Assembly: GCA_002269645.1 (NCBI GenBank)
Contig: NIVC01001159.1
Coordinates: forward strand, 299,414-363,413
Reading direction: 5' to 3'
DNA length: 64,000 bases
Source of the DNA: Macrostomum lignano
Taxonomy: Eukaryota
In this document: positions 40,517 through 53,348 of the stretch, piece by piece
Layout of the letters: each line of letters starts with the position of its first letter
Position numbering within the stretch: position 1 is the first letter of the stretch
The notes under the pieces: model-generated
The model's database searches: none
What the model was told of the DNA's origin: nothing
What the model saw: only the letters and a program-made list of their open reading frames with translations
Made by a program: the position numbers and the translations under genes

Positions 40517-42534
40517 ATGCAGCAGCAGCAGCAGCAGTTGCAGACGGCTAGTGGCCGATTTTACCTTCGCGGCCGTCAGCTTTCCGTGTCAGTCTCGGTC
40601 AGTCCGGACGCCCTAACGGCCGAGGTTGAGTCGGCTGGCCGACTTTGGGCGGGAGAATTCGAGGCGGCCTACTTGGAGGAGCTGACCAGGAAGACCGGCA
40701 GCTACAAGCGGTTCGAGGTGTTCGCGGGCATGCTGCTGTCGGCTGTGGGCGAGCAGCAGCAACAGCAGAAGCAGAAAAAGAAAAAGCAGCACCAGGATGA
40801 AGCTGAGCAGCTCTCTCTAGACCTAATGACGCTGGAAGATCTGCGAGCCCTGCGAGCTCAGCGACTTGGCGAAGCGGATTCTGCGGCAGCAGCGACGCCG
40901 CGGTCTGGCGCAGGCGGGGATGGCGGCAAGCGCTACCTGATCCTGACCTACCGCACCCGCTTTGATCAAGTGCACTACCCGCTGGCGCTGGCCCACCAGG
41001 GCCGCGTCAGCCGAGCTGGCGCTGACAGACATCGTCGGGATCAACGAGACGGTGTCGACGCAGCATTGACCTCAAGCGACGTCGACGCAGCCAATGAAGC
41101 TGAGCAGAACGGCGACGACGGCAACGGCGAGACGGCGCGCTCTCTTGCCGCCGAGAATGCGCACTTGCGCGCCGAATTGGCGCTAATGCGGCGCCGACTA
41201 ACCGCGGCCGAAGCGGCCTCGGCAAAGCAGAAGCGCCAGGCCGATGAGCTCCGAGCCGGCGAGCGGCTGCTCCGCCTGCGGATTCGCCAGCTGACGCACG
41301 AGCTGGCGCTGCTGCGCAGGGCGCCGCCGTCCCAGTCAGGGTCCCGGTTCACTTCGCCCGTCGGTGGTCGCCGGACAGCCAGTCGTCCAGCCTCGGCTGG
41401 CAATTCGCCGTCGCCTTCGCCAAGAGTGCGAGATCAGAGGAACTATAGTTACCAGCAGCAGCAGCAGCAGCAGTATGCCCGCTATCAGAGGCGTCGGTCG
41501 CCTTCGCCCAGACCGCCGCAGCCGCCAGCTGCGACGCCGCGATCGGCGAGGCAGCCCAGGAGCGGCTACGTCGTCCCGTTGCAGCGAGGTAAATTTTTTT
41601 ACCGCAAAAAATATGGAGCCCGTTCTATAAAGCCATCGTAAGATAAGATCGTTCTTAGCTCCTATCTCCGAAGTCATACACAACGCTCACACAGAGTGTA
41701 CATCGGCCCTGACTGTCTAATCATCAGGCATGTACACTCTCTGTGCCTCATGGGCTGGTCCTCATGGTTATGAGTCTCACGACAACCCGCTGGCCAAGTT
41801 TTCGTGCACGCCAGCCCCTTGAATGAATGCGATGTATGAAGCAGGCTTTATCGTCAGACAGGGGACACAGGAGGTCAGGATTTTGGAATCATATGGGGTT
41901 ATTAGGGTGGGAATTTACAGTAGTCAGATGGGTCAGATGTGACGCGGTTCCATACCTGGTCACTGCACTCATTCAGAGGCCGAATGGGTCGTTCACCCCC
42001 GCAGAGCTTGCATCTTCTGCTAGGCAGCCGCCGCCGCCGCAGCAGCAGCAGCGCAGGCGGCCCCGCTCCAACTCCTGCCCCCGCTTCGATCCCACCGCCT
42101 ACGTCGCCGATGTCGAACGGCGTCGTCAGGAGAGCCGCGAACGCCGTCGACGCGACATCTCCGATCGGATTCGGCTGGCCGGCGCGCCGTCGCCTCCGCC
42201 CTCGGTGGTCTCGTCGACCTCCAGACGCGGCGGCGTCAAACGACGAGTCACCGTCGGCTTGGAGGATTCCTTCGACGGCGGCGTCGGCAGCTTTGACGAC
42301 TTGCTGGACAATGGTGACTTTGTCGACGAGGCTGACAGCGTCCAGTTGGGCAGCTTCAACTTGTCCTCGCGACGGCGCTCTCGACCGCGCCAGCCGCGCT
42401 CTTCGGCGAGAAAGAAAACCCCGGCTTCGGCGGCAGCCACGGCGGTTGAAGGCTACGAAGATGACATTCAGCAGATTGACGAGCGGCTGGACCGGCTGCA
42501 GAGCTTCTTGAACAAGACGCTGCTCATTCACTGA
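40517..42534 (+). CDS. CCDC61: Coiled-coil domain-containing protein 61 (VFL3) orthologue; exons 40517-41588 and 42005-42534
   Basis: WAGEFEAAYLEELTRKTGSYKRFEVFAGML, LSLDLMTLEDL, KRYLILTYRTRFDQVHYPLAL (SAS6-like head), coiled coil, PRFDPTAYV and C-terminal IDERLDRLQSFL; phase-1 donor 41588 fits acceptor CCCCGCAG at 42004. Confidence 0.92.
41705..41830 (+). repeat. Short dispersed repeat, second copy at ~51138-51248
   Basis: Shared GCCCTGACT.TCTAATC.TCAGGCA.TGTACACTCTCTGTGCC and TTTTCGTGC. Confidence 0.6.
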
Positions 42535-42649
42535 GCTTGATTGTGGACATTAAAGTTGCCTTCTAGATAGCAAGATGTTTCCAGGACGCTTCGCCGCATC
42601 ACATTGCAAAGCACGCTGCTTAGATCAAGGCCCAACAGGCCATATCGGG

Positions 42650-42895
42650 TCACTGGAGTCACGGTGGGACACAGGGGTCATGTGAGGACACTGAAGTCAC
42701 AGTAGTACACAGGGGTCATATCAGGACACTGAAGTCACAGTGGGATACAGCGGTCATATCAAAACACAGAGGTCATATCAAGACACGTGGGTCTTATCAG
42801 AACAAATAGTCATGTCAGGACAAATGGTCATATCAAAACACAGAGGTCAAATCAGGACACGTAGGTCATATCAGGACACGTAGGTCATATCAAGA
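42650..42895. repeat. Degenerate ~20-bp tandem repeat (GGTCATATCAGGACAC...)
   Basis: Recurrent GGTCATATCA..ACAC units. Confidence 0.7.
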
Positions 42896-44236
42896 CCATG
42901 TGCCCTTCGCAGAATGCATTGTTGCCATGGTTCTCATTTATATCGTAATTTATTATTCTCAATATGTCTCCCGTCGATCTGCTGTCTCAGTTGAACTTTT
43001 AAAGATTTTATAAGGAATGTAGCGAGAAATTAAAAGTGCATTTTCAACAGTAGTTGAAGCACGGTGTGCGCTCGTATCTGGCTGCTGATGCGGTAATTAA
43101 CAAAAAAATTCGTAAATGTTTTGTCAAGTTGCATTTTCTCGATTTAAAATTTCTTACTCACATTAACTGCACTGGCTGTGACTCAGCTGCATTCGAAATT
43201 GTGCTGCTTTTTTAAAGAAATCTGATCAATTTCCCAGCACGATTTGGTCGCTACTTTGAACAGTAGGCTGTGCAGATTTTAGCTGTCTGTTTATTTCAAT
43301 TTTTATCAACTCTATGCTGGTAATGTTCTAGGGTAGTATAGTTAGTTTTAGTCACCTTGCTGGGCGAGTACACGTGTATGGTCGCGTTGATGCGCACTTT
43401 TATAAATTAACAGTGGAAATATTCGATACTAAACTTGCTGCAGTGTTTTTCTGTGTTCACAATTATTTTGATTGTGGCGATTTCTTAAAGGCATCTGTTA
43501 AAACATGCTAAAAGTTCTACTGCCACAGGACTGTCATGGCAAGACAAAGAAGATTCTCTATACTGTCTACATCCTCTCTATTATCTCCTCTCGGCTCTCT
43601 AAGTCTTCTGCTTGTTGACTGATTTTAGCGGAGCATTGTGGTTTCCAATTTGGCGTCCCCTATAGTTGGAATCCATGAATGCCAAATGGCATTGTACAGT
43701 AATTCTGAAGCTTAAACCCTCCTGATTGTTACTATTAGTAGTAGCCTTGCTTGTAACAGTAGCAGCCTATCGCCGATATGCCGATACCTGCCTGCTGGCT
43801 AACGCCGCCCCAAAGTTGGTTGTTGGCGCGGGCACTCTTTTTCGCCCAAGCCCTGAGACGCTCTGAGGCTTCTAGCCTTCTCACACCTTTGCTATAATGC
43901 TTTACATACGCTGCTACATGTATATAGTGCACACGTGTTTGACTAATGCTTATTTGGGCTTTGGACTTGACCTTGACGCAACAATGCAGCTCCGATCAGC
44001 TGACCACCCACCCCAGCTCAACAACGCGTGCCTCCGCTCCGCTCTGGTGATGGGGCCGATTAAGGGCAGCCTGCGCGTCCTTTTATTTTTCTCTTCCTTC
44101 TCCCTTTGTTTGTTGTTCTTGACAACAGAGCGCATGGGGTGGGCTGGGCGACCGGCGATTTAAACTTTGTCTTTGCTGCTGAAGAGTTTAGCGAGTCTCC
44201 TCAGCATTCAATAAGCTTTCTACTTGTACTTGAAGA

Positions 44237-45534
44237 TAGGGGTGTTCGGGTCGGCCATTTTTTCGGGGTTCGGGGTTTACCCCGAACCCGGTACCCCTAC
44301 CCCGAACACCGAACCCCGTCCCGAACATTTCTTCTAACCCCGAACCCCGAACCCGGTACCAAAACCCGACCCGACCCCGAACGTAACCCCGAACATTTTC
44401 ACGCTTATTTTGGTCAATCATTTTAATAAATTCAGTTTTCAGTTTTCAATTTTTCAGTTTTCAGTTTTCAATTTCAGTTTTAAATTCAGTTTTATATATT
44501 GAGATGTGCCTTAACAGCTTCAACCACTTAGCCTTGTGGTTTTATTTCCCTTAGCTACTCTACAACTAGGAAAATAAATATGAAACACTTCTTGCAATGG
44601 GATTGGGATTGAGATGGAAGGAATACCAAGACCCAAGATCTAATAGTAAGATACATGAAAGGTCACAACTAAAATCAGGACCATTTCGTACCTATACTTA
44701 CAACGAAATTGCTTTCATAGTAATATTACATCTATGAGTTTATTTAAGCTGCAAAAATAGAGTACAATAAAATTAGATTATACCCTGTAGTGCAGATATC
44801 AGTAGAGATAGAACTAGAGCGATAAAGAGATAGCACAGATAAAACAATGATGCAATGAAACAGGAGAGTTAATCACAAATATATATTTATTTTTACTTTT
44901 GACTACAGTTAACAGTAAGTCAGTAGTGGTATAACAGAATTGCTTTGTAAAAACTAAAGTGGTCACGTCTTTACATAAAATTGTATGCTGATATGAGTAG
45001 GTAATCATTGTGATAATTGATTATTGGCGACTGATGCGTGGAGAATAATGGTGTATTTATAAATTTTAAGCTTCCTCATCCAATCCAGAAGTTCAGACCA
45101 TGTTACACGTAGCACATGTAAAATTATTACTGAACGTAATTTTTTAAATCATCAACTGCAAGACTGAATGGGTCGAAAAACGACAATCGTTATTTACCAG
45201 AAAGTGTAAATGAATCCATGGTTCTATCTGCTATTTCCGTTTCAAATTGTATGTAAAATATAACTTAAGTTGTACCTGAAACTCAATGCATATCTTTCGC
45301 ATTGTGGATTTTGCATAAGGAGTAAAAAAAGTGCTTGAAAATACTCTTGAGAATGATAATTGTTCAAAACCCCGAAAACCCCGAAAACCCGGTGGCCAAA
45401 CCCGACCCGAACCCCGAACCCGGTACCCCTACCCCGAACCCCGAACCCGACCCGGAACACCTACCCCGAACCCCGAACCCGGTACCAAAACCCGACCCGA
45501 AACCCGACCCGACCCCGAACCCCGAACACCCCTA
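44237..45534. mobile_element. Non-autonomous hAT-type element with CCCGAAC subterminal arrays
   Basis: Perfect TIR TAGGGGTGTTCGGG; perfect 8-bp TSD CTTGAAGA (44229-44236, 45535-45542). Confidence 0.92.
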
Positions 45535-45572
45535 CTTGAAGAGACTTCTGCTAACAGCGATCTCTGTATTGG

Positions 45573-48260
45573 ATGATGAAGCTTCTGGCCTTACTGATCC
45601 TCGGAGGTTTCTTGGATCCGACTCTTGGCTCCATCACTGAGACCGGTGAGCTCTCGGAATTCCAATCTTGAGTTGTGTTGAGATTGAGGATTCAATGAGA
45701 GTTCAAAACAATACTTTTTTGGAGCCTTTCTCGAATTCAATTTTTTTTCATTTTGTAAGCTGTCTCTCGTGCTTTGTATTCTACATTAGGTCTGTCATGT
45801 ACTTCAATCGATTTGTATCAATACGAGTAAAACATCCAGGTGATTTTTAATCCTTATTATCTTTGGTTTCTCTTAAGAGTTTTGCATTGATGAAGCGAAC
45901 GCTGGTCCCGCCGCGTCCACAACTTCGAACTGGAAGTCCAGCTTACCGGCTCGCAGCGCCATCGAGTGCTCAGCTCTGTGCATGGCTGCGGATGCAGAAG
46001 CCGCTAGTGCAGCCTCCAGCTCTGACAGCGGTTCCGTCGGAAGCGTTCTTGGTTCTGTAGCAGCATCGCCAGCCACCGGCTGCAAGTCCTGGGCATATTC
46101 CTCCGCCACCGGCCTGTGCTTTCTGTCGCCAAATCGAACTGTCAACTTTGCTGGCGTCGCAGATGACGCCGAGGTCTTTCGAAGTGTCGACGGTAAGCAA
46201 ACTGAGGCGCTACGGCTCGGGGTGGGGGGGGCGTAGCCAGTTAAAATTGACGTTATGAGACGCAGATGCTGGCAAAAATCAGATATGATAAATATGCCTC
46301 TGTTTCGATTTGACTTACCCTCGAGTTAACATACGAAAAATTGACTCTAGCAAAATTAAAAATAAATCTAATTTCTGAAGCTCCACCCACAACGACAACA
46401 ACAACAACGACCACGAGTGCGCCGACAACGGTGGCTCCGTCCTCCAGCGCTCTGCCGGATTGCCTCAGAGCAATCGGAAGTCGCACGTTCTGCGTTATTC
46501 AACAGCGTTTAACTGACCAATTGAGCTTTGCTCGCAACTGGTCCGACTATGAAAACGGATTCGGGGATAGCGTGAACTTCTGGATCGGTGAGCTGTACTG
46601 GGGCTGCTCAATGGTTTCAGTTTAGAACCCTGCAGTAGATGGTCCGTAAAGGAAGGGGCACAGTGGAGGATGGAGCACAGTGGAGGATGAGGCACAGTTG
46701 GAGGATGGAGCACAGTGGAGGATGAGGCACAGTTGGAGGAGGGAGCACAGTGGAGGAGGGAGCACAGTGGAGGATGGAGCACAGTGGAGGAGGGAGCACA
46801 GTGGAGGATGGAGCACAGTGGAGGATGAGGCACAGTGGAGGAGGGAGCACAGTTGGAGGAGGGAGCACAGTGGAGGAGGGAGCACAGTGGAGGATGGAGC
46901 ACAGTGGAGGAGGGAGCACAGTTGGAGGAGGGAGCACAGTGGAGGAGGGAGCACAGTGGAGGAGGGAGCACAGTGGAGGATGGAGCACAGTGGAGGATGA
47001 GGCACAGTTGGAGGATGGAGCACAGTGGAGGATGAGGCACAGTTGGAGGAGGGAGCACAGTGGAGGAGGGAGCACAGTGGAGGATGGAGCACAGTGGAGG
47101 AGGGAGCACAGTGGAGGATGGAGCACAGTGGAGGATGGAGCACAGTGGAGGATGAGGCACAGTTGGAGGATGGAGCACAGTGGAGGATGAGGCACAGTTG
47201 GAGGATGGAGCACAGTGGAGGATGAGGCACAGTTGGAGGAGGGAGCACAGTGGAGGATGAGGCACAGTGGAGGATGGAGCACAGTGGAGGATGAGGCACA
47301 GTGGAGGATGGAGCACAGTGGAGGATGAGGCACAGTGGAGGAGGGAGCACAGTGGAGGATGAGGCACAGTGGAGGATGGAGCACAGTGGAGGATGAGGCA
47401 CAGTGGAGGATGGAGCACAGTGGAGGATGAGGCACAGTTGGAGGAGGGAGCACAGTGGAGGAGGGAGCACAGTGGAGGATGAGGCACAGTGGAGGATGGA
47501 GCACAGTGGAGGATGAGGCACAGTGGAGGATGGAGCACAGTGGAGGATGAGGCACAGTGGAGGATGGAGCACAGTGGAGGATGAGGCACAGTGGAGGATG
47601 AGGCACAGTGGAGGATGGAGCACAGTGGAGGATGAGGCACAGTGGAGGATGAGGCACATGATCGTTCGTTCCCAATTTGTGGTCCTTCAGTCTCAATCAA
47701 ATCGATAAAAAACCCGATTCGAAACCCAACCAGACCTCGGCGTACATTCAGAAACGGGGCTTGAACAATAACGCTGTGTCTCAACTGTCAATGGTATCAT
47801 TCAACCCATAGGCCTGAAGACCATTCACAACATGACCTATCCGACACCGCGCCTGTTCCGCATGGAGGCAACGAACCATCAGAACGGCAAGCTGTACGTG
47901 TGCGAGTACTCCAGCTTCTCCATTGCCGATGCCAGCAATTTGTACCAGCTGAGCGTCAGCGGCTACCTGACCAACAGCTCCAACACCTCCAAGGACTCTT
48001 TCTACTACAATAACAACAAGCAGTTCTCCACAATGGACGCCGGACCGAAGACCAGCTGCTCGGTGAGTAACGCCGGCGCCGGCTGGTGGTTCAGCAGCTG
48101 CACCTACCCGAACCCGAACGGCTACTTCAACCTGTCTGAGATTGACAGCAGCCTCAACGGCGAGAAGTTCATGCAATGGCTGTACGCCGCTGATGACACG
48201 TCGTACACGCGGCCAATGCTGCGAAACATTCGCCTGATGCTGGAGGTCAATGGCAACTAG
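45573..48260 (+). CDS. Secreted PAN/apple + Thr-rich linker + fibrinogen C-terminal domain protein (FReD 1); exons 45573-45645, 45878-46192, 46381-46587, 47812-48260
   Basis: Signal peptide MMKLLALLILGGFLDPTLG; PAN SAIECSALC..CKSWAYSSATGLCFLS; FBG VIQQR..FARNWSDYENGFGD..FWIGL, FSTMD, GWWFSSC..NPNG; all introns phase 1. Confidence 0.9.
46658..47657. repeat. 17/18-bp purine-rich minisatellite (CACAGTGGAGGATGGAG variants) in FReD 1 intron 3
   Basis: About 57 variant tandem units. Confidence 0.97.
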
Positions 48261-48342
48261 TCAGGGAGAGGCGGGTCTTCGGAGTAAAAACTTTACTGCA
48301 GGGGTCGCAAAAGTTCTAAGTTCTACTGCAAAAGTTCTACTG

Positions 48343-48558
48343 CAGGGGTCGGCAAAGTCCTGCCAAGCCTCTCTATCCGGCCCTCGGGTCCTTTGAGACT
48401 TCATAATAGAAATCCGGCCCGCTCAAGGTTTGCGTCTCCTCTCAGCTCCCTCCTCCCTCCTGTCGTAATTTGTCTCTTTTCTCTTCACCATTTGCCCTCG
48501 CGAATCCTTTCTCCTGTGCTCTCCTGGCCCTTGAAGTGAAAAGGTTTGCCGACCCCTG
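48343..48558. mobile_element. hAT-type MITE (216 bp)
   Basis: TIR CAGGGGTCGGCAAA / TTTGCCGACCCCTG; flanks TTCTACTG vs TTTTGCTG (6/8). Confidence 0.75.
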
Positions 48559-49194
48559 TTTTGCTGGATGGCCATTTGTAACAGTTTTTTATTCTTTGTC
48601 AGCGACAAAGGTGGCTGACCGAGCGGGAAGGTTAAGCAGTGTTGGCTGTGGTTAGTGCGCGGGTCTATGACATTTTACCGCAAGCCTATGCAAAACTAAT
48701 CCTAATCTAAATATAAACGTTTTTCTCATTTTGAAACCACCAAGACAACGAAAGCGGACAAACAAAACTGCAAAACTGCATGTAGCAAGAATTTCCATAG
48801 TTTGCATGTGAAAATTGGAGATTTGCATACTTTCTAAGAAAGATCAGGCATGGGCAGACGCCAGCGTAGCCATGGGATCACGCGGCCACCTCGTGAACAT
48901 TAAAAAGACGCTTGCTATTGACCCCTTCCCCTACCCTATGAAGCAACACTTAAGTTTGTTCAAGACCCAATGAAAGAGTATGTTGTTCGTGTAGCTCCTA
49001 AAAAGACATCTAAAAATGAATATTTTTTCAACACTTTTCTCTGCAAAAGTTCTATTGATAAAGTTATTCGCAATAGTTAATTCTCCTAAATCCCTTTAGT
49101 TATAATCGCTCATGCATGGACCCATATTTGTAACAAAAACGTGTTTAATCCTCTGTTTTTTGTCACACTTGCTTATGTATTTTTAAGAAAATCC

Positions 49195-50130
49195 TCTTCA
49201 ATCCTCTGCTTTTGTTATGTTATACTCACTCGTGTTAAAATCGTGTTTAATCCTCTGCTTTTGTTATACTCATCCTCTGCTTTTGTTATACTCATCCTCT
49301 GCTTTTGTTATACTCATCCTCTGCTTTTGTTATACTCATCCTCTGCTTTTGTTATACTCATCCTCTGCTTTTGTTATACTCATCCTCTGCTTTTGTTATA
49401 CTCATCCTCTGCTTTTGTTATACTCATCCTCTGCTTTTGTTATACTCATCCTCTGCTTTTGTTATACTCATCCTCTGCTTTTGTTATACTCATCCTCTGC
49501 TTTTGTTATACTCATCCTCTGCTTTTGTTATACTCATCCTCTGCTTTTGTTATACTCATCCTCTGCTTTTGTTATACTCATCCTCTGCTTTTGTTATACT
49601 CATTCTCTGCTTTTGTTATACTCATCCTCTGCTTTTGTTATACTCATCCTCTGCTTTTGTTATACTCATTCTCTGCTTTTGTTATACTCATCCTCTGCTT
49701 TTGTTATACTCATCCTCTGCTTTTGTTATACTCATCCTCTGCTTTTGTTATACTCATCCTCTGCTTTTGTTATACTCATCCTCTGCTTTTGTTATACTCA
49801 TCCTCTGCTTTTGTTATACTCATCCTCTGCTTTTGTTATACTCATTCTCTGCTTTTGTTATACTCCTCCTCTGCTTTTGTTATACTCATCCTCTGCTTTT
49901 GTTATACTCATCCTCTGCTTTTGTTATACTCATTCTCTGCTTTTGTTATACTCATCCTCTGCTTTTGTTATACTCATCCTCTGCTTTTGTTATACTCATC
50001 CTCTGCTTTTGTTATACTCATCCTCTGCTTTTGTTATACTCATTCTCTGCTTTTGTTATACTCATCCTCTGCTTTTGTTATACTCATTCTCTGCTTTTGT
50101 TATACTCATTCTCTGCTTTTGCTATACTCA
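49195..50130. repeat. 22-bp minisatellite (CATCCTCTGCTTTTGTTATACT)
   Basis: About 40 tandem units. Confidence 0.98.
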
Positions 50131-51728
50131 CTCGTGTTATAAATCGTGTTTAATCCTTTGTACACCCGCCCCTATTCGTACTTAATGGTTACAAGCTTCA
50201 ATAAAACTCACTGGCTACATGCAACTCAGCAAACCTTTATTGCTCTCTCTGCTAGATATAGCCTAGTGGCTTTATTTGATCTGAGCCTAAGTTACGAGCG
50301 TACGAGTATTGTTAACCTTGACTGTTAAAGTGAATCCTTCTGTCAAAACACATATTTCTAAATATATATTGATGGAGCTATATGCCACATTACTTTGCAC
50401 TCTGTAACTTACATAAGCTGTCTTTTACTCACGCCATAATTTTTATTAATTTTTACAGGAACACAATGTGACTTAACGCGCAACATTGGAGCAAAATTTA
50501 ATTGTTTTTCCTGCCTTTTTAGAGAGAGAGAGAGAAAGAGAGAGGAGGAGATCAGTCTATGGTAAAGGTTGATACTGGCATCCTTCTTTGTCCTGATGTC
50601 TATGGCCAAATTATCAAGTTGCTTGCCTTCTTCCCGTTCTAATGTCTATGTCTATGGGCAAGACCAGATCTACTGCTGCCAAATTGCAATTCTCAACTTG
50701 GTTGGCCCAATTCCATAAGGAGCTTGTCAATCAACCTCCAATTTTGACCATTTAAAAGTACAGATGTCTTGTCAGTTTACAAGACTCCTGTGACGCCTGA
50801 CTCTCTCTCTGTGGACCTGCTTGGCCACGACTGCTTTGTTAGAGTCTTGGATGGTTGGTGCATTGATGCGGAACGCCTGCATGCCACTGCCACTGGGAGA
50901 ATGCACAGGAGGGAGGGTCCCAGCTTCGATTACAATGCAGCTTGGTGAAAAGCGTTTTCTACAGAATTGGTAGTTAATAATACTGTAATTTTGTGCCAGT
51001 TTCTGCTAACAGTAGTCTGTTTGCTCTTAATTTCATTTATGAATATAGCAACCAATGATATAATAATATTTACATTGTAGGTTGCGGATTTGCGGCAAGC
51101 AAGCAAGCAACGCCAATACTGTACGCAGGCACAGCTGCCCTGACTTTCTAATCGTCAGGCAATGTACACTCTCTGTGCCCTCTGTGGTTGTGAATCGCAC
51201 GACAGTCCACCGGCCAATTTTCGTGCGCACCAGCTTCAAATAATGCGGCCGCGAACGAAATCAAACCGGAGGGTCGTGTGGCCCGCGTCTGGCGCGTTTA
51301 CCAACTGAGCTGCTCTGCAACCAAGTTTTTCAGCCAAATGTGAAAGGTGAGTCCAAAGGCGCGAATGAATGTCAACTTACCAGCGTAATTCTTTTTTTGT
51401 CCCAGACGGAGAGTTTTACGGCTCCAATTCTATTGTTTTTTGCTAGTAGAAAAGAAACTTTTTTGCCTTGGGCCAATTAATTAACCATGAAGTGCACTCA
51501 CCTGTGGGCCATGCTAGCAGAATCGAAATCCCACAATCTAACAGCCTACCGGTAGCTGTCCATCACGGAGCTTTTCATTTTTTTTGGCGATGAATATTTG
51601 AGTGCGCCTATAGATCCACTAGATAGCCAAGAGTTTTCCATTATTCCTTTTTTTGCGAATCAAGGCATGAATTAAAAAGATTTCTGGGGTAAATTATTAG
51701 GCGCGCTGGCACAAGTGCGCATCTCAAA

Positions 51729-52260
51729 TGCATGAGTCCGGCACAAGCTCACAGTCTAGATGCATGAGTCCGGCACAAGCTCACAGTCTAGATGCATGAG
51801 TCCGGCACAAGCTCACAGTCTAGATGCATGAGTCCGGCACAAGCTCACAGTCTAGATGCATGAGTTCGGCACAAGCTCACAGTCTAGATGCATGAGTCCG
51901 GCACAAGCTCACAGTCTAGATGCATGAGTCCGGCACAAGCTCACAGTCTAGATGCATGAGTCCGGCACAAGCTCACAGTCTAGATGCATGAGTCCGGCAC
52001 AAGCTCACAGTCTAGATGCATGAGTCCGGCACAAGCTCACAGTCTAGATGCATGAGTCCGGCACAAGCTCACAGTCTAGATGCATGAGTCCGGCACAAGC
52101 TCACAGTCTAGATGCATGAGTTCGGCACAAGCTCACAGTCTAGATGCATGAGTCCGGCACAAGCTCTCAGTCTAGATGCATGAGTCCGGCACAAGCTCAC
52201 AGTCTAGATGCATGAGTCCGGCACAAGCTCACAGTCTAGATGCATGAGTCCGGCACAAGC
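51729..52260. repeat. 32-bp minisatellite (GCATGAGTCCGGCACAAGCTCACAGTCTAGAT)
   Basis: About 16 near-identical units with no spacers. Confidence 0.98.
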
Positions 52261-53348
52261 GCGCATTTGAATGTTTCAGCTTGAAGTTAGAATGATAACA
52301 CAGGCTTTTTCAGCTCTCCCATCAAGTCAGTGCAGCTCTTGTTGGATGGGCCTTCTCAGAACAGGGCAAGTCGAGCTTGACACTTTCTGGCTGGCAGGGT
52401 GTGCCGAAGTCCGAGGCTGCTGGATTCACTTCTGACTGGCCGTCATCAGCAAGTTGAAGACATGCAATGGCCTCTAGCTGCTCACCAACCGTAGTGCCCT
52501 GGGCAAGCACGCGAAGGCGTATTCAGCATGCCAGTGAAGTATGAGACAGACTAGGCCCATGGGCTAAGGTCTGCGATGCTTCACGCCTGCCCCTATCTTC
52601 AGCAGGTCAAGGCTGGTGGGAGGTCTGCACCCTCTATTTGCCTCTGGCAGCCGCAGACCCCCCCCCCACGCTGTCTCGCAAGTCGACCCAGGGTACTCGT
52701 CCCCGCGTGTGTTCAAGGCAGTCCCTAGGGCTGCTGGACAGACTGGGCTCCGGCGCTGGCGACCCTATCCAGTGGCTTCGGCCGAATTTGGGTATGCGGG
52801 TCTGGCTCGCCAACCTGCAGGCCGTGGTACTGCTCAACGTACTCTCTAATGCCTAAGGTGTTGACCGTGCCGATGGGCTGGAAGGCCGGGGAGTAGTCCG
52901 GTCGCAAGCGGTCCCCCTCCTGGTGTCGGGCCAGCCTTGAGGGTGCTATTGGCCTACTGCCCGGTCAGGTGGAGCGGCCGGGTGGGTACCGCGCCCCTTT
53001 GAGGGTAGCCCACCAACATTTTATCATGGCCTTCGAGCCGACTATGGATAACCAAGCTTTTTCTAGGTACGGGGACCCTTCTAAACCCCAACCTCAGTCC
53101 GAAGGACCGGCCGGCCCTGCTGGCAGATCCCAACCGACTGATTCAACTGTGGCAAAGGAAAAACTCAAAATACCCAAAGACCTGCCAGCTCCGCTGGTGG
53201 ATCTAAGGGAACCGCGAGCTCTGAGCCTAAAGGACCGGCCAAATCTGGCAGATCCGATGAAGCTCAGCGGGCTCGGCTTGAGCGCAAACGCGCTAAACAA
53301 CGCGCCAAAAGGCAGGCCAAGAAGGGAGCTGCGGGGGCCAAAGCGGCG

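Noticed and set aside
46495-47784. Long Cys/His/Pro-rich antisense ORFs
   Set aside because: Products of the intronic 17-bp minisatellite
49141-50185. Highly hydrophobic 280-330 aa ORFs resembling membrane proteins
   Set aside because: All three frames of a 22-bp minisatellite
50340-51000. Possible LINE endonuclease remnant on the minus strand (VLLNG..AAVDLVL)
   Set aside because: Too degenerate to support without a profile search
51729-52260. 32-bp array (and the 25-bp arrays) as CRISPR
   Set aside because: Units are contiguous with no unique spacers, no cas genes, eukaryotic context
52876-52990. HDV-like ribozyme in the LINE 5' UTR (GGGCTGG/CCAGCCT as P1)
   Set aside because: L3 too long, no GG for P1.1 after P1, no convincing J4/2-P2; would need an Infernal or RNArobo search
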